From a virus, in the IMG/VR virus record IMGVR_UViG_3300010396_000002, positions 91,560-155,559 of that record: a stretch of DNA of 64,000 nucleotides; one strand, written 5' to 3'. The position numbers were made by a program, and so were the translations under genes. Every line of letters begins with the position of its first letter. Positions within the stretch are counted from its first letter, which is position 1. Below, piece by piece: positions 1 through 9,017 of this stretch. The notes under the pieces were generated by a model. That model was not told where the DNA came from. It worked only from the letters and a program-made list of their open reading frames with translations, and did no database searches.

Positions 1-368
1 GCCATGTCGAAAGGCGAGAAGCGGGCGAGCAAACGCATCGATCGGAAGACGATGCCTGTTGAGAGTTTCGGGTGCGTTGCCCTCGGATATGCCGCGCGAA
101 GGCGTGCGACGGTCGCAAGGGCGGACGATGACACCCGACGGGGAGCCAAGCACATAGGGCCCCGCACTCCAAACAGGAACGCCTCCTAAGCGAGCGGTGA
201 AGGGAACACCCTTGAACGGATCCAGGCCCGTGCGGCAAGTGCCACACGGGGGACCATTCGAGCCCCTGTCACCGCGGGAGACTGACTCGGACCGACGAGC
301 GGTAAAGCAGGTGTCGCAACCTGCACTGACAGACAGGGCGGGCGCTCTACAACGCTCCCCTGTGACAC

Positions 369-412
369 GCGCAAACCCCCGACGTCGCCTTGACGTGCGG
401 GGGTTTGCCGAT
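369..412 (+). repeat. Structured intergenic element R1
   Basis: GCGCA AA CCCCCG ACGTC gcctt GACGT G CGGGGG TTTGCCG AT, then AGGAGG and ATG at 428. Confidence 0.9.
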
Positions 413-427
413 CGTAGGAGGCACACC

Positions 428-982
428 ATGCTCAAGTCATCCGGGATCACGGTAGAGCGTCGCGACGCGATGCGGATCGCTCCCCAGCGCGCGGAGCAAC
501 TCCGCAGCCAGCGCGCTAACGGGATGTCGAGCCGCTACGGGCACGCCCCGGTGTGCAGCAACCAGCGATGCGACGGTGAATGTCGCCTCTGCTCGGCTGA
601 CGCCGCGTCCGCTGCCCTCGTTCCGGATGACGCGGCGGACGCTCGCGCCAAGCTAGACCGCACGATCCAGCGCGCGGTCCGTCGCAACTATCGCGCGACC
701 ACGACACCGGCGGTCGTGAAGCGCACGACAGAGACCAGCGCCATCGCAGCAATGCGAGCGGGGGGACTCGCGGATCATCAGATCCGCGCCGCGCTTCTCC
801 AGCGGACCCCCGTTGAGACCGTCGTGAGGACCGCGAACGATGTCCGGCGCGACGTCAGGCGCGCCAAGATCGGCGCGCAAGCGATCCACGACGCGGCGAC
901 GTTCCGCCGCACGATGCAAGCGGACGAGCGGCGCGATCCTCGCGTCTACCTTGACGGCGACGCGGTCGTCATTCCCACGTGA
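428..982 (+). CDS. hypothetical protein (MLKSSG...)
   Basis: AGGAGG SD before ATG 428; high GC3. Confidence 0.75.
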   Translation: MLKSSGITVERRDAMRIAPQRAEQLRSQRANGMSSRYGHAPVCSNQRCDGECRLCSADAASAALVPDDAADARAKLDRTIQRAVRRNYRATTTPAVVKRTTETSAIAAMRAGGLADHQIRAALLQRTPVETVVRTANDVRRDVRRAKIGAQAIHDAATFRRTMQADERRDPRVYLDGDAVVIPT

Positions 983-984
983 AC

Positions 985-1027
985 GCGCATACCCCGGGAG
1001 CCGGAAGGCTTGCCGGGGTTACGCGAT
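985..1027 (+). repeat. Structured intergenic element R2
   Basis: GCGCA TA CCCCGG GAGCC ggaa GGCTT G CCGGGG TTACGCG AT; follows the stop at 982. Confidence 0.92.
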
Positions 1028-1041
1028 CGGAGGCACACACG

Positions 1042-1221
1042 ATGATCCGCACGTTCCAAGGCGAGTATTCTGATAGTCGCACGGCACCATGCGGCAACGG
1101 ATGTTGCGACGGCGCTTGCATCATCTGCGATCCGCCGCGCCCGTGCCTCGGCTGCAACGGGAAGACGCGCGACGACTCCGGTTACTGCCGGAAGTGCCGC
1201 GAACGCAACGGCGACGAGTAG
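1042..1221 (+). CDS. small Cys-rich (Zn-binding?) protein
   Basis: GGAGG SD; multiple CxxC motifs. Confidence 0.7.
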   Translation: MIRTFQGEYSDSRTAPCGNGCCDGACIICDPPRPCLGCNGKTRDDSGYCRKCRERNGDE

Positions 1222-1262
1222 CGCACACCCCGGGGGACTCGGTCCTGCCGGGGCTGCGTCGT
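1221..1262 (+). repeat. Structured intergenic element R3
   Basis: GCGCA CA CCCCGG GGGAC tcg GTCCT G CCGGGG CTGCGTC GT; first G is the last base of the TAG stop. Confidence 0.92.
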
Positions 1263-1276
1263 TGAAAGGCGGAACC

Positions 1277-1882
1277 ATGACGGACCAAGTCACGGGCGCG
1301 GACATCGCGAAGGCCATGAGGGCAGCGGTAGCCCAAGCGAGGCTAGAGCAGCTCGCCGCGGACACCGAAGCGAAGTCAGACGCGGCGGACATCTCGCGCA
1401 AGCGGGCCCGGTCCTTCTTCGCGCGCCCCACGTCCAGCCCGAACCGCGCGCCCGTCGCACGGTCGACGGATGACGAGCACAACGCGAAGGGATACCCATA
1501 CGAGATCCCGGGTTTCGTGCTCGCCAACGATCGCGGTCTCTATCTCCCCCCTGAGGGGAGCTTCTCCCGCGAGCTTGACCGCGTGTCGCCCGAGATCGAG
1601 GCGGACATGCGAGCGAACCAGATCGAACGCGAAGCCAAGGCGGCGCAAGCTCTTGCCGCGGCAGACGCGGCGGAACGCGCGTACCAGCACGCGCTCGCGA
1701 CGGGCGCACGCAAGGTCGCGACGGCGTGGGTTCAAGCGGAGCGCGCACGGGCGCGCGCGGAGCGCGCTGTCGACGCGGCGAAGCCTCGGCCCGTGTTCCG
1801 CTTCGCCGGACCGAGCGACGCAAAACACGCCGGCCAGATCCAAGCTCAGCGCGGCATCGTCAAGCTCCGCCGCATGTTCTAG
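1277..1882 (+). CDS. hypothetical Ala-rich coiled-coil protein
   Basis: ATG after R3; high GC3. Confidence 0.7.
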   Translation: MTDQVTGADIAKAMRAAVAQARLEQLAADTEAKSDAADISRKRARSFFARPTSSPNRAPVARSTDDEHNAKGYPYEIPGFVLANDRGLYLPPEGSFSRELDRVSPEIEADMRANQIEREAKAAQALAAADAAERAYQHALATGARKVATAWVQAERARARAERAVDAAKPRPVFRFAGPSDAKHAGQIQAQRGIVKLRRMF

Positions 1883-1922
1883 CGCACACCCGGGGGCTTC
1901 CAAGCCGCCCGGGTTGCTGCGT
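1882..1922 (+). repeat. Structured intergenic element R4
   Basis: GCGCA CA CCCGGG GGCTT cc AAGCC G CCCGGG TTGCTGC GT. Confidence 0.92.
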
Positions 1923-1936
1923 GGAAGCGAGGCGCC

Positions 1937-2284
1937 ATGCGCAAGACCATCGACGTCGTACGGGACGTGATCATCGCCATCATCGAAGCCGACCGGGAGC
2001 CTGGCACGGCTCCTACCGGGTGCGCGATCTACGAAGGCGGGGCGACCATCCTGCCGGAGCGCATCCGCGGCCGCGTGCCCAGCAAGATCAGATGGACGGC
2101 GTCCCGTGGGCAGCACGCCTGGGAGGGCGCGCTGTTCACGCTCAAGGCGCTCGGCGTCGACATCGGCCAGCCGCTCAACACCGGCGACACGATCCCGGTG
2201 AGCTGCCACTGCGGGGCAACGGAGGGCCTCCGCGAAGACCCCTACGGTGGCGGCAAGGTCTGCCCCACGCACTACCAGCCGTAA
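1937..2284 (+). CDS. hypothetical protein with C-terminal Zn-finger
   Basis: CHCG...CPTH; lies between R4 and R5. Confidence 0.75.
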   Translation: MRKTIDVVRDVIIAIIEADREPGTAPTGCAIYEGGATILPERIRGRVPSKIRWTASRGQHAWEGALFTLKALGVDIGQPLNTGDTIPVSCHCGATEGLREDPYGGGKVCPTHYQP

Positions 2285-2325
2285 GCGCACACCCGAGGGC
2301 CTGACGGCTGCTCGGGTCGTGCCGT
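2285..2325 (+). repeat. Structured intergenic element R5
   Basis: GCGCA CA CCCGAG GGCC tgac GGCT G CTCGGG TCGTGCC GT. Confidence 0.92.
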
Positions 2326-2341
2326 CGAAAGGACGGTCACC

Positions 2342-2515
2342 ATGTCCAAGCTCTGCGCCAGCATCGTCATCACGTGGGCCGCCGGCCTCGTCGCCGGTCT
2401 GCTCATCCGGTCCAGCGCGGGACAGCACGGGCTGCTCCCGAGCCTCGCGATCGTGGTCGTGTCTGCCGGGGCAGCGGGCGCCATCTTCGCGCTCACTGCG
2501 GGGAGCCGGTCATGA
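2342..2515 (+). CDS. small two-TM membrane protein (not in ORF track)
   Basis: ATG after R5 SD; MSKLCASIVITWAAGLVAGLLIR... hydrophobic; ATGA overlap with next gene. Confidence 0.65.
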   Translation: MSKLCASIVITWAAGLVAGLLIRSSAGQHGLLPSLAIVVVSAGAAGAIFALTAGSRS

Positions 2516-2814
2516 GAAAGGACCGCGTCATCAAGTTCTCCACCGGCGGCTATGTGACCGAGAAAGACGGGCGCCGCCGTGCGAAGTTCACCAGGAAGGA
2601 GGCACACGATGAAGCTCGCAAGATCCGTGCAGGCGATGGCCGGTGCACCGTCGTGAGGCTCGTCCCGCCGGTGATCAACGTGACGATCAAGCTCCAGATC
2701 CGCGGGATGGCCGGTACCGTCTGGGACATGGTCGAGGACGCGCTCGATGCTGGCGACGTTCAGGAAATCTTCAACAGCTCGGAGACGCTGGTCCTCTCCG
2801 CCGTATCCGAGTAG
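2512..2814 (+). CDS. hypothetical protein
   Basis: ATGA coupling; high GC3. Confidence 0.7.
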   Translation: MRKDRVIKFSTGGYVTEKDGRRRAKFTRKEAHDEARKIRAGDGRCTVVRLVPPVINVTIKLQIRGMAGTVWDMVEDALDAGDVQEIFNSSETLVLSAVSE

Positions 2815-2855
2815 CGCATACCCCGGAGGCTTCTTGCCTGCCGGGGCTGTGCCGT
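2814..2855 (+). repeat. Structured intergenic element R6
   Basis: GCGCA TA CCCCGG AGGC ttctt GCCT G CCGGGG CTGTGCC GT. Confidence 0.92.
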
Positions 2856-2872
2856 CAGGAGGGCTATCCGCC

Positions 2873-3214
2873 ATGAATGACAAGATCCCCGCCGTGTTCG
2901 AGAACCTGACCGCAGCGTCCCCGCTGGATGACCTCTGTGTCGCGGCCTATATCGCCGCCGCAAACGCTGCCCGCGAGGACATGAAGCCGCAGCGTGCGGG
3001 AGCGTGCCTCGCCTCGGACGATGCGACGATCGCTTACTTGCGCGCCCCATCGACGCGCTCCTGCCTGGAGGACTGGCTCCAAGCGTACCGGCACGACGAG
3101 GGCGTCCTGACCGCGCTGTCCGACGATGCACGCACCCAGGTGCTCGCCTCGGCATGGCGCGCATACGAGGCAACCGTGATGCAAGCGCGCGACGCTGCGC
3201 GGGCCGGTACCTGA
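2873..3214 (+). CDS. hypothetical protein
   Basis: AGGAGG SD after R6. Confidence 0.7.
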   Translation: MNDKIPAVFENLTAASPLDDLCVAAYIAAANAAREDMKPQRAGACLASDDATIAYLRAPSTRSCLEDWLQAYRHDEGVLTALSDDARTQVLASAWRAYEATVMQARDAARAGT

Positions 3215-3255
3215 GCGCACGCCCCCGACCGGAAACGGTGCGGGGGTCGGCGCAT
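3215..3255 (+). repeat. Structured intergenic element R7
   Basis: GCGCA CG CCCCCG ACCG gaaa CGGT G CGGGGG TCGGCGC AT. Confidence 0.92.
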
Positions 3256-3272
3256 TGAAGGAGGCCGACACC

Positions 3273-4136
3273 ATGATCTGTCCTGGCTACGACGACTGGA
3301 AGACGACCGAGGACCACATCGAGGTGCCCGCAGGCTCCTCCCATGCGGCGCCCGCTGGCCGCTACCAGGGCCCCGACGCGGCCGGGGATCGGCCGTGCAT
3401 CGACACGACGGGCATGACCGAGTCGGAGATCGCCAGGTACGCGGCCGCCGGCGCCGATGCCGTGGCGGAAGCCGAGGCGCTCCGAGAGGACCACGTCGAC
3501 GGCGGCGAGCCGTTCGACCCGAAGGCGTTCGCCGCGGCGCTCGAGTTGGAGCTCGACCGGAACGCGGATCCGAACTGCACGCTCTGCAAGGGCCGCGGCG
3601 TCGTCGTTCAGAAGCACGACGGGCCCGGTGGCGAGCGGCTCACGTGCGACTGCGTGCTGTCCCCTGAGCGCGTCGCCGTCATCGCTGCGGCCGAGGCTGC
3701 CGGCCACGAGAAGATCGCGCCGCGCGCGCGGGACGCCACGGCGGAGCAGCTCGCTGACTGGTGCGCCTCGCGCCATGCCGCCGCCGAGGTCGAAGGCCAG
3801 CGCGAGCTAGGCGCGGCGATCCGAGCCTACTGGGCGAGCGAGCCGGCGATCCTCGCGGTGCGCCGGCACCCATGGGCCGACATCTTCATCGCAAACCACG
3901 ACGGGGCCACGTGCGGGACCTGCCTCCCGTCGGGGATCGACCTGAGCGATCCAACGGTCGAGGTCTTCCAGGTTGGCAGCGACGGCTGGACGGGCCCGGT
4001 CACCTGCACGAAATGCGGCAGACCGATCGACGTCGTCGTCGACGGGATGAAGGCCGTCGCCGATGGCAAGGACGACGAGTCCGTGCTGGCGGAGCTCAAG
4101 CCCGTCGTCGAGCGGCTCAACGAGAAGAAGGGCTGA
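3273..4136 (+). CDS. hypothetical protein with Zn-ribbons
   Basis: AAGGAGG SD; CxxCxGxG and CxxC motifs. Confidence 0.75.
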   Translation: MICPGYDDWKTTEDHIEVPAGSSHAAPAGRYQGPDAAGDRPCIDTTGMTESEIARYAAAGADAVAEAEALREDHVDGGEPFDPKAFAAALELELDRNADPNCTLCKGRGVVVQKHDGPGGERLTCDCVLSPERVAVIAAAEAAGHEKIAPRARDATAEQLADWCASRHAAAEVEGQRELGAAIRAYWASEPAILAVRRHPWADIFIANHDGATCGTCLPSGIDLSDPTVEVFQVGSDGWTGPVTCTKCGRPIDVVVDGMKAVADGKDDESVLAELKPVVERLNEKKG

Positions 4137-4155
4137 CGGTCGAGCGACCCATGTA

Positions 4156-4198
4156 GCGCAGAGCCCCGGACCGGCAAGGTCGCGGGGCTCGACGCCGT
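4156..4198 (+). repeat. Structured intergenic element R8
   Basis: GCGCA GA GCCCCG GACC ggcaa GGTC G CGGGGC TCGACGCC GT. Confidence 0.92.
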
Positions 4199-4209
4199 GG
4201 AGGTGTTCG

Positions 4210-4475
4210 ATGCGAACCGTCTTCAATACGCCGTTCCCATCACCGACGACATCGAGATCGAGATGCACAAGGGGGCCACGCCGCTCTCCTTCCAGGAGCA
4301 GCACGGGGCCGCATGTGTCTGGGCCCTCGTCGATACGGAAGCTCCGAAGACGATGCGCCGCTTCCGGCTCGCCGGCACAGGGCATACGCTCGACGCCGAC
4401 GACGGCACGTACGTTGGGACCGCGCAGTTCCGCGGCGGCTCGCTCGTCTTCCACCTGTTCGTCTACCCCGAGTAG
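4210..4475 (+). CDS. small conserved phage protein (MRTVF[K]YAV...GTGH...VFHLF), apparent 1-nt deletion near 4225
   Basis: SD+ATG after R8 is out of frame with the main ORF by one base (TTC AA TAC). Confidence 0.6.
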
Positions 4476-4518
4476 CGCACGCCCCGGGCCTCGACAAAGG
4501 CGCCGGGGCTCAGTGCGT
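4475..4518 (+). repeat. Structured intergenic element R9
   Basis: GCGCA CG CCCCGG GCCT cgacaa AGGC G CCGGGG CTCAGTGC GT. Confidence 0.92.
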
Positions 4519-4526
4519 GGAGGTGC

Positions 4527-6800
4527 ATGATGCGCAACCACGCGCTCCTCGCGCTCGCGAGGTACGCCAAGACTTTCGGCAAGGGCTCCCCATTCGATGC
4601 CCTTGGCTGCGTCCTCGTCGACGGCCACATGGCCGAGGCGACGGACCTCTACACCAGAGTACGCATTGAGCTGCCGGAGCCCGTCATCGACGGGGCGCCG
4701 GCCATGCTCGAGGCGGGCTGGCTCGTCGACGTCGTGAAGCTGTCGGGCAAGGTCCCGATCAAGCTGACCAGCGTCGATCCGACCGAGATTCCCTGCGTCC
4801 ATGAACCGGCCAAGCTCCAAGCGGATGCCGACGGCGCGATCCTCAAGATCGTAGCGAAGACGCCCGCCGCAGAGTTTCCGCGCCCGCTCCGGCCGTTCGA
4901 CATGCCGGCGCGCGCGGACCTCGAGCCTGGCGACTTCGCCAAGGGCGGGCCCGTCGCAGCGGTGCTGCGGGCCGTGTCCACGGACACGGCCAGGGCAGCC
5001 CAGAGCGCGATGCTCTTCGACCGCGACAGGGCGGTTGGTACCGACGGGCACATGCTCTGCGTGCGCAAGTTCGCGCGCGCGCTGCCATTCCCTGACGTGC
5101 TCGTGCCCCGCGCCGCGGTCGAGATCCTGCTCGCCATGTGTGCAAAGTTCGCTCCGCTGGAGCTCAGGGTCGAGGTGACCGGAACCGATGCCAGGTTCAC
5201 CGGCACCTGCGCCGGGGGCCTTCGCTGGTCCGTCACCACGAAACTGGCGGATGCGAAGTTCCCGTCCTACCAGCAAGCGCTCGTCGAGCCCGACACGTTC
5301 ACAACGGTCGACGTCGGCGAGCTGCGCGGCATCGTGCGTGGGCTCGGTGACTGGCGCGTCGCCATCTTCCCCGACGGGGGTGTCGTCGCCTTTGAGGGGC
5401 TGAACGGCAGCGGTGACGCCGCGATGTTCTTCCCCGCGGACCAGCCACCGACGGAGCCGCCTCTGGTCGTGCTAGGCAAGGGCACGCTCGGCGCCGTGCT
5501 CGACATGCTCCCCAAGGAGGGCACGATCGAGATCGGCACCAGCGCAGCGGAGAAGGCGGCGGACAAGGACCGCCTGACGCCGGCGCTGGTCGATGGCTTC
5601 GTCCTGATGCCGATGAAGTACCCCGAGCTGCCTACAGCGGTCGCGGCTGCCGTCAAGGCTGCCTATGCGAAGCCCGCGCAGCCCACCGACTGGAAGCAGT
5701 GGGATGGCTTCAGGGTGTCGGACGGTCCGACGTTCCCACGAGAGGTCAACGTCGACGGGAAAGAGACACTCCCAGATCGTTGGCTTCCCTTCCACCTCGG
5801 AGCACCGGCCGAGGACGACTGCAAGCTCACCGGGCGGCTCGACCCGCCCACGTTCACGAAGCCCCTGTGGGGGCAGGAGGAGACCATGCCCGATCCGAAG
5901 AAGGCGGCCCAAGCCGCCGCCGCAGCCCAGCAACCCAAGCAGGACAAGCCCACCAAGGCGCCAAAGGCCAAGGCCAAGGCCGCCGCAGCGGCCGCGCAGT
6001 CGCCGCAGACGGAGGCCATCCGCCAGACCGGCGCGCCCACGTTCGCGGTTGGCGCCACGGTCCGCCGCGGCCAGGAGGTCGGCACCGTCAAGGAGCTGAT
6101 CGAGCCCTCGCCCGGCTGGCATCGGGCGAGAGTCCAGTGGCCGGGGTCGGAGCAGTTCGTCGACATCGACCAGCTCACCGTGGAGCCGGTGGCCTCGAGC
6201 GCGCAGCCCGTGCCCCCGCCCCCGGCGAGCGGTCCGCGGGTCGTCCAGGGCTCGACCAGGCGCGTCTTCACGGTCGGCCAGATGGGGCTGCCGTCGCTGG
6301 ACAAGCTGGCGGAGCTCGCGCTCTGGCTCGGCGTCTCCGCGGTGCTCGACACCAGGACCCAGCCCCCGAAGAAGGGGCCATGGACCACGGCGGGCGTCGA
6401 GGGCGCGACCTTGACGGGGGCCGGCTGCCCCGTCGTGCGGAGCAACGTCGCCACCCCGATCGCCGACCAGATCGCGGCGCTCCCCGCGGGGTCGGTGTTG
6501 CTCCTCGGGATGGACTGGGCTCCGGGCGACAACGCGGCCTTCATGGCCCTCGCCGAGGGCACCGACTTCGAGGTGCTCCACGTCTGCGTCCTCGACAAGG
6601 CCGAGCTGACGAAGCCGCTCGCCGCGCACGAGGAGCCCTCGGCGAGGTGGGACGAGGTGCAGTGCATCGACCACGGCCAACTCGTCGACTTCATCGCCGG
6701 CAAGATCACCGATTACGGCGCCTACAACGTCAGCGCCGAGTTCGTGGACCCGCTGCCGCCCCGGAGGCCGGTCCTCGCGCTCGCGACGGGCACGGCGTGA
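4527..6800 (+). CDS. DNA polymerase III beta-clamp-like protein, in frame with a C-terminal DUF488-like region
   Basis: AVGTDGHML, LADAKFPSYQQ, FVLMPMK clamp-like motifs; later RVFTVG...AVLDTR; internal SD+ATG at 5886. Confidence 0.65.
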   Translation: MMRNHALLALARYAKTFGKGSPFDALGCVLVDGHMAEATDLYTRVRIELPEPVIDGAPAMLEAGWLVDVVKLSGKVPIKLTSVDPTEIPCVHEPAKLQADADGAILKIVAKTPAAEFPRPLRPFDMPARADLEPGDFAKGGPVAAVLRAVSTDTARAAQSAMLFDRDRAVGTDGHMLCVRKFARALPFPDVLVPRAAVEILLAMCAKFAPLELRVEVTGTDARFTGTCAGGLRWSVTTKLADAKFPSYQQALVEPDTFTTVDVGELRGIVRGLGDWRVAIFPDGGVVAFEGLNGSGDAAMFFPADQPPTEPPLVVLGKGTLGAVLDMLPKEGTIEIGTSAAEKAADKDRLTPALVDGFVLMPMKYPELPTAVAAAVKAAYAKPAQPTDWKQWDGFRVSDGPTFPREVNVDGKETLPDRWLPFHLGAPAEDDCKLTGRLDPPTFTKPLWGQEETMPDPKKAAQAAAAAQQPKQDKPTKAPKAKAKAAAAAAQSPQTEAIRQTGAPTFAVGATVRRGQEVGTVKELIEPSPGWHRARVQWPGSEQFVDIDQLTVEPVASSAQPVPPPPASGPRVVQGSTRRVFTVGQMGLPSLDKLAELALWLGVSAVLDTRTQPPKKGPWTTAGVEGATLTGAGCPVVRSNVATPIADQIAALPAGSVLLLGMDWAPGDNAAFMALAEGTDFEVLHVCVLDKAELTKPLAAHEEPSARWDEVQCIDHGQLVDFIAGKITDYGAYNVSAEFVDPLPPRRPVLALATGTA

Positions 6801-6840
6801 TCCTGCTCCACCGTCCTCGTGACGATGCCTTAGACTGAAC

Positions 6841-6881
6841 GCGCAGGGCCCGGGGCTACCAAGCCGCCGGGCTCGGCGCGT
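6841..6881 (+). repeat. Structured intergenic element R10
   Basis: GCGCA GG GCCCGG GGCT acca AGCC G CCGGGC TCGGCGC GT. Confidence 0.92.
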
Positions 6882-6892
6882 TGGAGGACCCG

Positions 6893-7237
6893 ATGAACGA
6901 GTTCGAGAGCAAACGAGAGGCCGCCTACCGCGCCGAGATCGAACGGGCCAGGTCCAACGGTCGCTACTACATCGGCTGGCGCTCCGCGAGCTACTGCTCC
7001 GACGCATCGTGGGCCGTAGCCGCGACGGAGACCGACGCCCGTGCGTTCGCCTCGCTAGGCGCACCATTCGCGGTCGGTGTCTTGTCGGTCGACGACACGC
7101 CGCACGGGCGCGAGTTCGGACGCATCGGAGCATGCGGAGGCAACGCGCCTCCCGATGCACTGCGGGACGTGATCCTGCGCGGTGCGGAGATCGCCAACGT
7201 CGGGACGATCCCCGGCACCAGGATCGTTGCACACTGA
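6893..7237 (+). CDS. hypothetical protein
   Basis: GGAGG SD after R10. Confidence 0.7.
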   Translation: MNEFESKREAAYRAEIERARSNGRYYIGWRSASYCSDASWAVAATETDARAFASLGAPFAVGVLSVDDTPHGREFGRIGACGGNAPPDALRDVILRGAEIANVGTIPGTRIVAH

Positions 7238-7287
7238 GCGCAGAGCCCCGGCTCCTCCTGCAACGGAGGGGTGCGGGGCTCTGGCGT
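7238..7287 (+). repeat. Structured intergenic element R11
   Basis: GCGCA GA GCCCCG GCTCCTCC tgcaac GGAGGGGT G CGGGGC TCTGGC GT. Confidence 0.92.
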
Positions 7288-7298
7288 TGGAGGACACG

Positions 7299-8192
7299 AT
7301 GAAGCAGCGCTTCCGCTCAAAGGCGTTCAAGGACGAGTCGATGGCGCTGATCGAGCGCTGCGACAACATCATCACCGGCTACCAGGCGCAGGGCCTACGG
7401 CTCACGCTCAGGCAGCTCTACTACCAGTGCGTCGCCGGCGGTGACGGCCTGGACCCGATCCCCAACACGGAGCAGAGCTACAAGAACCTCGGCTCGCTCG
7501 TGAGCGATGCCAGGCTCGCCGGGCTGCTCGACTGGGACGCGATCGAGGACCGCGGTCGCCGGCCGCGCCGGCAGTCGCAGTGGGACAACATCTCCGACCT
7601 CGTCGACAGCGCCGTGCGCGCCTACCGGCTTCCCCGATGGGAAGGGCAGCGCTGCTACGTCGAGCTCTGGGTGGAGAAGGAGGCCCTCGCCGGTGTCCTC
7701 GAACCCCTCGCGTCCGAGTTCCACGTGACGCTGATGGTCAACAAGGGCTACTCGTCGTCGAGCGCGATGTTCGACAGCGCGCAGCGCTTCAAGGAAGCGC
7801 AGGACAACGACAAGCAGCTCCTGCTCTTCTACCTCGGGGACCACGACCCGAGCGGCGAGGACATGGTCCGCGACATCCGCGAGCGCATGCGGATGTTCGA
7901 GGTCGACTACCTCACCGTGACGAAGCTGGCCCTCACCTGGGACCAGATCCAGAAGTACAACCCGCCGCCCAACCCGGCCAAGCTCTCCGACTCCCGGGCA
8001 AAGGCGTACATCGCGAAGCACGGCACCTCATCGTGGGAGGTGGACGCGCTCCCGCCCAACGTGCTCCAGCAGATCATCCGCGACGCCTTCAAGGCCGAGA
8101 TCGATGAGAGCCTGGTGAAGGCGATCAAGGCCAAGGAGGCGCGCGACAAGCAACGGCTCCGCGAGGCCGCAGCGAAGATCATGCAAACGTGA
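7299..8192 (+). CDS. Toprim-domain protein (Topo VI-A/Spo11/JetD-like)
   Basis: TLRQLYY, ELWVEK, YLGDHDPSG, WEVDAL motifs. Confidence 0.8.
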   Translation: MKQRFRSKAFKDESMALIERCDNIITGYQAQGLRLTLRQLYYQCVAGGDGLDPIPNTEQSYKNLGSLVSDARLAGLLDWDAIEDRGRRPRRQSQWDNISDLVDSAVRAYRLPRWEGQRCYVELWVEKEALAGVLEPLASEFHVTLMVNKGYSSSSAMFDSAQRFKEAQDNDKQLLLFYLGDHDPSGEDMVRDIRERMRMFEVDYLTVTKLALTWDQIQKYNPPPNPAKLSDSRAKAYIAKHGTSSWEVDALPPNVLQQIIRDAFKAEIDESLVKAIKAKEARDKQRLREAAAKIMQT

Positions 8193-8193
8193 C

Positions 8194-8236
8194 GCGCAGA
8201 CCCGGGGCCCGAGAAGGGGTGCCCGGGTCGAGCCGT
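8194..8236 (+). repeat. Structured intergenic element R12
   Basis: GCGCA GA CCCGGG GCCC gagaag GGGT G CCCGGG TCGAGCC GT. Confidence 0.92.
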
Positions 8237-8276
8237 GGAAGCCGCGCAGGACAGCAGGCGCGGCGAGGAGGACACG

Positions 8277-8846
8277 ATGTCGAACGTCAGGAGCGAGTTC
8301 TACACGATCAAGGACAAGGACGGGCGCGACGTGTGCCGCGCATGTGGGCGCGAGCACCCGCACAGGTACGAGCACGTCATGTTCACGAGAGGCGCCGTGC
8401 GCTGTGTCGCGGTACCGCTCGACGACCACAACCCGGGCCCCGACTTCGTTCGCGGCAAGATCAAGTCGGTCGCGGACACGTGGGAGCCCGAATGGCTCCG
8501 GGAGATCCAGAACACCGGAGCCGTCGTCCAGTATATTGGAGGGTGGGCCTACGAGGCCGCCAATGGTGCCCTCCACCTGCCCGAGGACGTCCACCCCATG
8601 ACGCGCTCGCGCGCCAGGGCAGCCCGCAAGGGCTTCGGCTACGCGCCCAATCACGAGCCGGTCGGCCAGCACACGGCGCTCAGGGTCGAGCGCGATGAGG
8701 ATGGCTGGTTCTCGAAGGGCGACCCCGACCGAGGCCAGCGGCTCAACGCCAGGGTATCGCTGCCGGCCGACCTGCCGGTATACGACACCGAAGGCGACGC
8801 CATCGCGGATGCGAAGCGCCGCTGGACCAACAAGCCGAAGGGATGA
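8277..8846 (+). CDS. hypothetical protein
   Basis: GAGGAGG SD; high GC3. Confidence 0.7.
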   Translation: MSNVRSEFYTIKDKDGRDVCRACGREHPHRYEHVMFTRGAVRCVAVPLDDHNPGPDFVRGKIKSVADTWEPEWLREIQNTGAVVQYIGGWAYEAANGALHLPEDVHPMTRSRARAARKGFGYAPNHEPVGQHTALRVERDEDGWFSKGDPDRGQRLNARVSLPADLPVYDTEGDAIADAKRRWTNKPKG

Positions 8847-8848
8847 AC

Positions 8849-8898
8849 GCGCAGACCCCCGGCTCCTCCATCACGGAGGGGCGCGGGGGTCGAGCCGT
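8849..8898 (+). repeat. Structured intergenic element R13 (no SD/ATG follows)
   Basis: GCGCA GA CCCCCG GCTCCTCC atcac GGAGGGGC G CGGGGG TCGAGCC GT. Confidence 0.92.
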
Positions 8899-8949
8899 GC
8901 CGCCGGCTACTCGGGGCGCACCATCGCCGAGGTCAAGGCGCGCAAGTAG
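8899..8949 (+). pseudogene. 3' gene remnant (AAGYSGRTIAEVKARK*) between R13 and R14
   Basis: 16 GC3-rich codons plus TAG, starting right after the conserved GT of R13; no SD or start codon. Confidence 0.5.
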
Positions 8950-8959
8950 CACCAGCCCA

Positions 8960-9004
8960 GCGCACGCCCCCGGGAGCACCTCTGCTCTGCGGGGGCTGTG
9001 CCGT
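8960..9004 (+). repeat. Structured intergenic element R14
   Basis: GCGCA CG CCCCCG GGAGCA cctc TGCTCT G CGGGGG CTGTGCC GT. Confidence 0.92.
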
Positions 9005-9017
9005 CAGGAGAACCGAC

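Noticed and set aside
326-353. CTGACA-N16-TACAAC as the early promoter
   Set aside because: Weak match with suboptimal spacing; not supportable without TSS data.
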